From Catajapyx aquilonaris (lineage: Eukaryota), in the NCBI GenBank assembly GCA_000934665.2, contig JYFJ02003048.1, positions 1 through 46,872 on the forward strand: DNA of 46,872 bases, given 5' to 3'. Below, one piece after another: positions 38,022 to 46,872 of the stretch. The notes below the pieces were generated by a model. The model had not been told where the DNA came from and ran no database searches. It worked only from the letters and a program-made list of their open reading frames with translations. The number at the start of each line of letters is the position of its first letter. The first letter of the stretch is position 1. A program made the position numbers and the translations under genes.

Positions 38022-38882
38022 GTCTCCACTTTGATCCGGAAAAGGTTATGGAAACGGAAAAGAATGGAAGAAAAACTGTAAAATGAATACCTATTGTTTA
38101 TTTTTAAAACTACCGTCAACTGGGGTGAACTTGGTCCAAAAAGCTGTTTTACGTATATCATAGTATTGTACATACTGTATAGACCTGACGGAATGGCGGT
38201 GAAATAACACTTAATCACCAACGTCTTCTTGACCACACAATGCAGTTAATACGTACCATCGCGATTAATAAATTTTATATGAAATGAAAAATGGCAGGCC
38301 TATATTCCTCAGACATACTTTCTTCGATCCAATGAAAATATTTGACATCAGTAGAATATTTTTTGCCGAGTTACCGGTACTTTTATGCTGCCAAGAGTCC
38401 CTGTGGGGTCCAGATATACCCCACGTCGTAGCCAATGTACATAATTTTTTTAGAGAACACATCACAGCGAATCACAGCAAATTGTATTTTATAAAGTGTG
38501 AGTGTTGTTATATTCAGCAAGAAATATTGCTCGGAACTAAAATCATGCCGCCCCTGCAGCTGGGAATGTTTACGTTATAAGTCATTACTTACGGCACGGC
38601 ATCGAGCTGGAAGGCTACGAAGCTGCGATAACGGAGTCTCAAGTCCCTTATGACTCAACTAATGGTCACAGGAGATCGATTTTTTACAACACATACAGAC
38701 TATGAGAATACAGGCCGAATTTAGCGCGGAAAAATGGCTTTAGTGCTATTATATCAAATTTATAAAAAAAAAGGAATACTGCGTGGGGTCCGTACAGACC
38801 CCACGTCGTAGCCAATGTATGGCAGATTCACTTTGGTGATAAAGTGTTGAGAGAGGGATATGATGAATTTGGTTGGACTTAC

Positions 38883-39002
38883 CATCAAGGGAAAAGGGGA
38901 ACTCTGTGCTTCCAAGGGATGATGGCGGCGGGTGTACGTCTCCAAGCCCTCGGGAAGTCAAGGCAGATACCCCTGCCAGGTAGTCGGGATGCATAGGGAG
39001 CC
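38883..39002 (-). CDS. ci: cubitus interruptus/GLI internal exon (GLPMHPDYL...GSTEFPFSLDG)
   Basis: Acceptor tttgtag, donor GTAAGT, phase 1/1; joins the next exon in frame; resembles Ci N-terminal SLASTDFHFSVDG region. Confidence 0.88.
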
Positions 39003-39624
39003 CTACAAAGACAAAACCAAATGAAACCTACGCAAAGCAATACGAATTAGGTGCATGGGCACGTCATTCTTCACCACCTTTCATTATCCACAATTAACCC
39101 GAGGAGGTATTCACCAGTTTTTGTGCCCCGCAGACTGCTGGGCCATGTAACAATTTAAGTCTGGAGCCCACGCTGGGACTTTGACCTGTAGAAATGTGCC
39201 GACTGGGCCATTGTTCATCTCTGGAATCGCTTCATTAAAGAGGCATTGCGCTGTCAGGGACACCGCCCAAGATCATATGAAAAAGAAAGCGCTGGCTGTG
39301 CTACCACCACCACCATCACTCCAGAATTATGTGCTATTCCTACCAGAGGGAATGTTTGTCATCCGAAATTGATTGTAGTGTTGCAGCTGCATTTTCCTGG
39401 ACTCTACAACTAATCAGGGTGGGTGGGTGGGTGGAGGTTGGTCGGTTGAAGGTGCTGCTGGGGTTCATGAGAAATGAGGCTTCCAGGCCCATCCTGTCTC
39501 CCCACCCCCCTCTCTCTCCTCTGAAAATAGACCCGTAACGTGCTCGACATGCCGCCCTGTCAGCTCCTCTTCCTTCGTTTCACTTTCACCTCTGCCTCTC
39601 AACTTTTTCTGCCTCAGGTACTTC

Positions 39625-39625
<1 letters not shown>

Positions 39626-39685
<60 letters not shown>
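39626..39685. repeat. (CAT)n microsatellite
   Basis: Direct inspection. Confidence 0.95.
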
Positions 39686-39713
39686 GTGATATTTTTGTCG
39701 AAAAAAGGTATTA

Positions 39714-40348
39714 AGGTGCATTCACATATCCGCGATTGCGACTGCGACCACGACCCCGTGCCCGAGCTACGTCGCGGGCATGGTGTCGCCCAGCTGCTGG
39801 GGGCATTGTCGCAGCGCTGTTTCGGGCACGGCGTCGTGACAGCATTCACGTAAGCCGTCGCCACGATCTCATGCCCGAAAAAAACATGGCGGCTCCGCTG
39901 GCCTCCGCTGGCCTCCGGCCTTATCCCTCAAAGTACAGGCTTGCAAGGCATATTTCCGAAACAAATTTGCAACCGGCCATCTGATATGGTCAGAGGCCAA
40001 CTCCATGGACGTTTGTAATTGTAAAATAATTTAAGTTTTTAAAATAATGGAGCCATTATCAAAGATGGCGGTCCAATGACCCAACTGCAGAGCCCAAGCC
40101 ATGAGCCAGCCAGCCCATGCAAGCAACCTCCTTGCATGCAAGGCCTGGCAAGGCATCGCCAGCGACCGTGTGTCTGACGTCGCAGGTATCTGTATCTAGC
40201 AGATCCGGGCGACGGGCACCAAAACGGTCGCTGGACGGGAACTCCGTCGCTGGGGGCACCGCGTCGTGGATACGTGAACGCTCCGGCGACAGCGACGGGG
40301 AACCGAATCGGTCGCTGGGCACGAGATCGCGGATATGTGAATGCACCT
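39714..40348. mobile_element. PIF/Harbinger-type MITE
   Basis: TTA|AGGTGCATTCACATATCCGCGAT...|TTA. Confidence 0.88.
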
Positions 40349-40351
40349 TTA

Positions 40352-41116
40352 AGCCGCGTTTACCTGTGGGCGATTTGATCGCCGATGTCATCGCCCGTGA
40401 GTTGTAGCGCTCGGTTCTGATGTCATGACGCAAGCGATAGCACTTAAAGTGTATTCACATATCCGCGATTGCGACCGCGTGGGTGACCACCGGCCCCTGT
40501 CGCGTCGTGGGCATTGAGATCGCACAGCTGCTGGGAGCTCCGTTCCAGAGCTGGTTGGGGCACGGAATCGTGCCCGCATTCACGTATCTCCCCTCCGCGA
40601 TCCCATGCCCCAAAAACAAAGCTGGACGCTCCTCTGATCCGCCCGCCGCCGTATATCTCAAAGTACAGGTTTGGAAGGCGTATTTCCCGGACAATCCTAT
40701 AGCCGGCCATCTGGTATGGTCAGTGGTCAGCTCCATTCATATAATTCAAGTTTTTGGCCAAAATGGTAAGCACGTGACCTGCGATCCTGTGCCCCAACCG
40801 GCGGTATCTGGGTCTAGCGACGGGCACCAAATCGGTCGCAAGGCACGGGATCGCGGATATGTAAATGCACCTTCATACATCGCCCGTGTGTTTACAAGCC
40901 GGTGCCAGGTATCCAGGGTTACAAGAATGGTTTGACATGCCGCGGAGATGTCATCCTGATGTCATCGCCATCATCTATTTCAAACAGACCTGACCAATGA
41001 TGCCCTCCCTTCTTAAACGCGATTGCTACTTTCTGCAAAATTCACTGCTTTCATTGGGATTTCATGGTTCGACCATGACATCGCGGATCACCAATTGTCC
41101 ACATGTAAACGCATCT
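40352..41116. mobile_element. PIF/Harbinger-type MITE hosting a nested copy (40447-40872) of the 39714 family
   Basis: Imperfect TIR AG..GCGTTTAC.TGTGG.C.ATT..GATGTCAT; TTA TSD; nested element flanked by TTA/TCA. Confidence 0.75.
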
Positions 41117-41176
41117 TTAGACATTAGAATACACTGTAGCAGGTGGCGGCCACTTCCCCTTCTTGTGTACACCTTA

Positions 41177-41558
41177 GGCCCCTGCCACACTAGACAATTC
41201 CGTCGCGGTCCGCTCAAAAATGTCAAACACATGGACGTAAACGGGATTCCGTCGGAATGAGACACGCACTACGGATTTTTCGTCCTTCCGTCGAGCACCA
41301 GCCGAAGACACAGCGGAAAAAATCGGCAGCCGATTCCGTCTGGGACAATAATCCCATTGCTATACATTGATTCCGCCGGGGAAAGGCCACACTACCGACG
41401 GAAAAAGCGGGTTCGCTGGCATGGAAACCAGGGGATTGGTAGCTGAAAGGGCAGCAAGACGGCAGCATGGTCGATGGAAATTCCGCGTGAAAAAAGGTGC
41501 AAAATCATTCGGCGACGGAATTTCCGTCAAGGAAATTCTGTCTAGTGTGGCCAGGACC
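41177..41558. mobile_element. PIF/Harbinger-type MITE
   Basis: TTA|GGCCCCTGCCACACTAGACA...TGTCTAGTGTGGCCAGGACC|TTA. Confidence 0.85.
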
Positions 41559-41689
41559 TTAGCTGATCTCCCCCACCGAGAGGGTTTGCCACGCCGCACA
41601 GTAGTCAATATCAGAAAAAACACGAACGAAAATTAGAGCTCCTCAACTAAACCGTTTAAGTACGTAAAAACATGTCTCCCCAAGTTATC

Positions 41690-41980
41690 GGGGTCGCTGA
41701 TTTCGATTTTTAGGTTATTTTGAACGTAGGCCTACAGGGTATACCAAAAAAACACGATCGAATTTAAGAATCATTCTGTCGAATAAGCGGAATGAATAGG
41801 TTTGTGATGCTACCCTACGTTTTGCGGTCACTGCTTCATATTTTGAGGCTCTTATCAAACAAAGACCTACAGGGTGTACCAAAAACATGATAGAATTTAA
41901 TTATCGACAGAATAAGCGGTACAAGTAGGTGAAACTAATGCTTCCCCTGTTTTTACGGTCGCTGATTTACATTTTGAAGC
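41690..41980 (+). repeat. ~130-bp diverged tandem subrepeats
   Basis: GGTC(G/A)CTG.TT..ATTTT and CCTACAGGGT.TACCAAAAA recur. Confidence 0.6.
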
Positions 41981-41996
41981 AACTGTCGACCCAGGC

Positions 41997-42243
41997 CAGC
42001 CCACGGACACTACCCCTATCTTCTGGGCTACATTGGGGGGCCCAACATGGCCGCCGGCGGCCATGTTGGGCCAGCATGTAGCCCTCCCCTTTCGTACCTA
42101 TAAAGTTCAGCCTCAGTCCGGTAGGGTCGCCACATAAATGCTCTGGGAAATGTCTCGTGGCGGTCTCAGGTGAGGACCCACTGCAAAACCCCTCGGCAGG
42201 GGGTGGGTGGGGAGTGACCTAACCTGAGTCTTCTACAACCATG
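41997..42243 (+). mobile_element. palindrome-bearing element, copy 3 (left arm mostly deleted)
   Basis: TSD ACCCAGGC (41989-41996, 42244-42251). Confidence 0.88.
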
Positions 42244-42482
42244 ACCCAGGCCAACAAAATATATCATAAGCACCATAACCATTCCAAAAGTGAGGGTTCC
42301 CACAGCCGCGGTCGCTCGCCCTCGACGGCACCTTCGCCACGTTAATTTCCTTCCAGACCACAAGTTCTTTTGGGATTAATTTATGCCCAAGATCGCATTT
42401 TGTGAAGTGGAATAGCACCGTAATACTTATAGTAACTCAGTGCACAAAGCATATGAAGTGGGCCCTGAAAGTGAATAGGTAA

Positions 42483-43019
42483 AGGGGGGTTCACACTTGC
42501 TGACGGTAGCATACGAAAAGAACGGAACGAAAGAGTGGACCAATCAGAGCCCACTTGAGGATGACGAAAAGTGAAAGGGATTACTAAACGGAAAATACGA
42601 AAGGAATCAACTTCTCACGGACACGGAATACGGAAGCTTACGGACCTATCCACCAATGGAAGAGCCAGGAAAGCGGCAGGGGTGTGGCGACAGAAAGTGA
42701 AAGGGAAAGTGGGGGCAGCGACGCGACGGCAGCGCCTCTGGCGGGGGCAGGACGAAGGACATCAGTCGTGACTCTGGACCCAGGGGGAGCGGGGCTCGGG
42801 AGATGGGAGAAGAGAAGGGTATGATACCGGTCCGAAGGGAGGGAGAGCCCCAGGGAGAGTCCTGCCAGAGAGTTCAAGCACAGCGCATGCGCTGCGGGAT
42901 CCGGAGACTAAGCCAAGCCCCTCGCTTTTGTGTCTGAACACCTAGCCCCTAGTTCCGTTCGTTTCGTCATACCGTTCCGTTCGTTTCGTATGCTACAGTC
43001 AGCTAGTGTGAACCCGCCT
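42483..43019. mobile_element. PIF/Harbinger-type MITE
   Basis: TAA|AGG.GGGTTCACACT.GCTGAC.GTAGCATACGAAA...|TAA. Confidence 0.85.
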
Positions 43020-43574
43020 TAAGGGGCCCAAATTTCGTCACCCTTACGTTGTCTTCTTCTTGTTAGAAAATGGCTGAACGCAGCAATGTATAAGGAAAGT
43101 GAATGTTAATACACTGAACATGTACCTACTACGTCCCGCAATGAAATTTTTTAACAACGTTTAGGAAAAAGCACAGAATTGAAAAAGTGAAAACATCATT
43201 CAGTTTCTGCGTTTTAATGGGAGGAAATGCGTAAAAAAACATTTCTAAATTTGTGAATGCTTTAAAATGCTCGATTAATAACAATACAATGAAAACTGGT
43301 TTATCTGCACGATGAAAATGAAAGCTTTTCCCTATTTTCAAAATAATTAAAATTATGCCGTTGAATAATGAATGACTTGATCAATACAAGCATACGAGAA
43401 CGTTTTAACAGCAGGTAGTACAGATGCGCACAAACATTAATCCTTTAATGCAAATTTTCAGGGTGTGGAAATGTCAAGAAATTTAGCGCCGATCTGGGCA
43501 TGCTGGCATGGGCTGGGTTGGGTTGGGCCTCGTCACTTGTACCCTCTAGCGGGCAACATGAATACTTGGATATA

Positions 43575-43898
43575 CAGGGTGTTTCAACTTTTTTGCCCGA
43601 ACAGTTATCGGAAAATTGCACGTAGCTGCTACTTTGTAAGCAGTGACTTGCAACCGGTGATTTGTCGGAGGAATGGGGAAAAGGGGGTCGCACATCCCAT
43701 GGCATGTGTGACCCTCTTTTTTCCAAGCTTGACCCTCAATTTTCAGCGGGGAGCACGTATGCCACTTCAACCTACGATTCGCAGGGAATATTCCCCGTTC
43801 CTCTGAAAAATCACCGTTTGCAAGTCACTGCTTACAAAGTAGCAGCTACGTGCAATTTTCCGACAAAAATTGTTCGGACAAAAAGTTGAAACACCCTG
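43575..43898. mobile_element. Tc1/mariner-type MITE
   Basis: TA|CAGGGTGTTTCAACTTTTT...|TA with ~85-bp TIRs. Confidence 0.88.
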
Positions 43899-44124
43899 TA
43901 TGTGCGTGCAAGTTGCCTCCCTCCCACATTTCCTCATTTGCGGCGGGCCTAACTTTCAAAAGATCAATACAAAGGCGAAAAGTGAATTAGATGTTCCAAA
44001 AATTAACACCTTCGATTTATTTTTAATGGCGTAATGCCCACGTTAAGTTTTAATTGCTACAAAATTATCAAGGCTCGGCAAGACGCGGAATTTCCATGCC
44101 TTGCTTTATGATCATACTGGAGTA

Positions 44125-44259
44125 CAGTGGTGGAAATTAATGGAGAAGCACAAGTATCGCCGCCTAGCGGAGTTTTTCCTTTACATGAAGCTGCTTCTTG
44201 TAAAGGAAAAGCTCCGCCAGGCGGCGATACTTGTGCTTCTCCATTAATTTCCACCATTG
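44125..44259. mobile_element. 135-bp hairpin MITE, TA-flanked
   Basis: Near-perfect palindrome CA(G/A)TGGTGGAAATTAATGGAGAAGCACAAGTATCGCCGCC with a 1-nt centre. Confidence 0.85.
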
Positions 44260-44483
44260 TACCTTGTGTCAAATGCATGACATATGACAACTCTACTCTC
44301 CGAGCTTCTAGCCCGCAAATACGAGGCTCGTTCCGAAAATAAGCTTCCCTTCGCGATTATTTCCGAAAGTATTGTACATGAGGGTAAATTTTTTATCGTC
44401 AGCAGTTAGAGGACATTATTCTGCATGTGTGAGACAATTTGCTCTCCCTCGTGCACTCCGTGCATGGGCAGGAGGAAGCGTAA

Positions 44484-45192
44484 AGGTGCGTTCACATATA
44501 CGCGACTAAACACTTGCGAGGAATTTTCAGGTTTTGCTTTTTCGCGTCTTTTACGTCACGGAAAAATTTCCGGGCATTCGCGTATCCGCTACGCGATCAA
44601 ACTTACTCGTTAGTTATGGAGCATGCGCTGTGCAGCAGAGCAGGTAGAAGGGAGGATGTGGTCGGGGTCATGTGGGCAGGAGGAGGTCTTGGGCTGACAA
44701 AGATGGCGGAGGCCTGTGCTGCGGAGGCAGCCGGCATGGCAGTGAAAATGCTGCTGAACCCAAGGAACAGTGAATAGGCCGTAGGCTGAACCGACCTCGG
44801 AAGGGCGTCCAGCTCACATTGCACCAAGTGGGGCAAAAGCTGGACATCAGACATGGTGCGGAGGCTGGCCGGGTCGGGAGTTTGCGACAAAAAAAAATGT
44901 TACTTCCGAGCTCGGGCATCCGCATTCCTAACATGGCCGAGGAAGGCCGACAAGTCCGCGTGGCGGCGCTGGGTGGCTCGAACTAGCTCCAAAATTCGCT
45001 CGCGTCAAAAATTCGCTTCTATCTGGCTCTGACAGAGGAGCGCGATTTTTAGTTTAGTCGCGTGAGTGACCAAAATTTGCTCGCGTCTAGGAGAAAATCG
45101 CCGATACGTGAATGCCTTCGGCCAGACGCGAATTCGCTGAAAGCTGAAATTCGCTCGCTTTTGATCAAAATCGCGTATATGTGAACGAACCT
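44484..45192. mobile_element. PIF/Harbinger-type MITE, probably inside a decayed mariner derivative starting ~44322
   Basis: TAA|AGGT.CGTTCACATATACGCGA...|TAA; upstream TA|CGAGGCTCGTTCCGAAAATAAG resembles a mariner TIR. Confidence 0.8.
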
Positions 45193-45920
45193 TAAGAAAG
45201 CGACTTTCGCGCCGAGCGTTCCCACTCCATAAGCGCTTGAGTCAAAGAGCGTGGACGAAAGATGAAGTGCTGACGGTTATCGGAGAGTTCCACGTCATCT
45301 TCCAGACAACTGTGACCGGTAGGCATGTAAATCCATGTCTTGCCGAGCCTTATAAATATCGCGTTGGGTTGTTGGGAGTAGGTGGGATTTGCCTTTTACA
45401 GTTGGATCCACGATATCTGACACATCCAGATTATGTTTTCTGTATAGATATGTCCCATTCGGGGAACAGATTTTGCACAGCCATTTCAGTACAGATTTCT
45501 GGCCAATGCATTCACAAACCAAACGATACCTCTACTTCAGCGTTCTTTGAAGACAGTTGGTCCTTGTCGCACCCCCTATACCAGGGTGATTGATTAAGTT
45601 CATAGTTAGACTAAGTCCAGTGGTGCACCTTGCTCGCACCCCCAGGGGAGCCACCTCGCACCCCAGGTTAAGAATCGCTGCTCTAACCTAAAGTGATCCA
45701 CTGTGCCCAGGAGTTCATTAGAGAAGTTTGTCGGACTCATTATGAAACACTCTGCATAGCAATGCAATGGCGTGACATCCATTACATCACATTCAACTTT
45801 CAAATGTGATGTGGTTCCCACTGCAATAAAATGGTATGCTAGCTGTCATGTACGAGAAAGATATCTTCCTTGGCAATTCCGAGAAAACCCTTGTAGCATG
45901 CTGGATGGTGTGCTAGTCCA

Positions 45921-45974
45921 GAGGAGGAGGAGGAGGAGGGGGAGGAGGAGGAGGAGGAGGAGGAGGAGGAGGAG
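45921..45974. repeat. (GAG)n microsatellite
   Basis: Direct inspection. Confidence 0.95.
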
Positions 45975-46671
45975 GCTCCAGGCTGCTGCATAATATTACA
46001 CTTGGTTTCCTGCGGCACTGCTGAATGGGCCTTTTGTTTGTTTGGAGACAGCGCTCCGGTTGAAAGCCGTGATGAAGCAGAGATGGGGGGGAGAGAGGGA
46101 GAGAGGGAGAGAGGGAGAGAGGGAGAGGGAGAGAGCCATATTGGCAGGGGAATGCGCTTCTGCTGCTCTCTGCCAGCACCAGCCAACCTCCTCCTCATCC
46201 ATCCCCCCTTAAAGCATGGAAGCTCTCTTCTCCTCTTTCCTTGCTGCTGCCTGCCGGTTCCCTCCAATTCACTCCAGCTGTCACAACTACCGTACCCCTC
46301 ACACAAGGCCTTGGTGTGACTCCATGTCACCCATATCACCGGAAGGAGTGTAGCCTACTGCCAACACTCGATGTATTGGATTACAGTTCTCACCACAATA
46401 CCCACCTTTCGCCTTTGAATTGCACAACATCAGGTTAGAAGCTCAATTTTACACCAAAATTATTGTGCTTATAAAGTTCGCAGTGCACGTCGACGAACAG
46501 ACCAAGATACAGCTACGTTGCTTACAGTAGGCTACATTATGTCAATGCAAGCATGTCTATTGCAAACACTGACTACTATCTCAGGACAGGCCACTCCCCA
46601 TCTTATCGCGTTGGGAGGGAAACGAGGTCATGCACTCCGGAACCACTGGCGGCGCCCAGCAGGGTCCAGAC

Positions 46672-46872
46672 CACGGCCATAGAAGATAAGGTCTGGTCAC
46701 TCCCCACCCACCCCCTGCCGAGGGATTACGCACCGGGTGCTCACTTGAGAGCGCCACGAGACATTTCCCAGAGCTATCATGTGGCGACCCTACCGGACTA
46801 AGGCTGAACTTCACATGTACGAAGGGGAGGGCTACATTGGGGGGCCCAACATGGCCGCCGGCGGCCATGTTG
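46672..46872 (-). mobile_element. palindrome-bearing element, copy 4 (cut by window end)
   Basis: Reverse-oriented right end and one arm up to the palindrome centre; flank GTCCAGAC. Confidence 0.85.

Noticed and set aside
44603..44890. Ala/Pro-rich ORF as a ci exon
   Set aside because: Lies inside a TIR/TSD-bounded MITE
45839..46339. Upstream ci exon with poly-Pro/poly-Ser
   Set aside because: Explained by (GAG)n and GA-rich repeats; no Ci-like motif or convincing splice sites identified

Overview
Eukaryotic (most likely arthropod/insect) genomic DNA, lying entirely within a cubitus interruptus/GLI gene on the minus strand. Five internal coding exons (39002-38883, 30813-30628, 13948-13755, 9173-8922, 8820-8671) splice in frame into about 300 codons. 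They include the SUFU-binding SYGHLS motif and C2H2 fingers 1-2; the start and end of the gene were not found in the window. The introns are packed with short non-autonomous mobile elements: tRNA-derived SINEs, PIF/Harbinger-type (TWA), hAT-type (8 bp), piggyBac/Kolobok-type (TTAA), Tc1/mariner/pogo-type (TA) and Sola2-like long-TIR foldback elements, plus mariner and THAP pseudogene remnants, often nested. Two observations stand out. (1) A four-copy 8-bp-TSD element with dissimilar ends carries a ~280-bp spacerless palindrome that occurs in two orientations (flip/flop), with substitutions shared by both arms. (2) A modular SINE set has near-identical heads joined to 3' tails that vary strongly in sequence but keep the same covarying stem-loops. 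All calls were made by eye. Superfamily names rest on TSD/terminus rules and novelty was not checked against any database.
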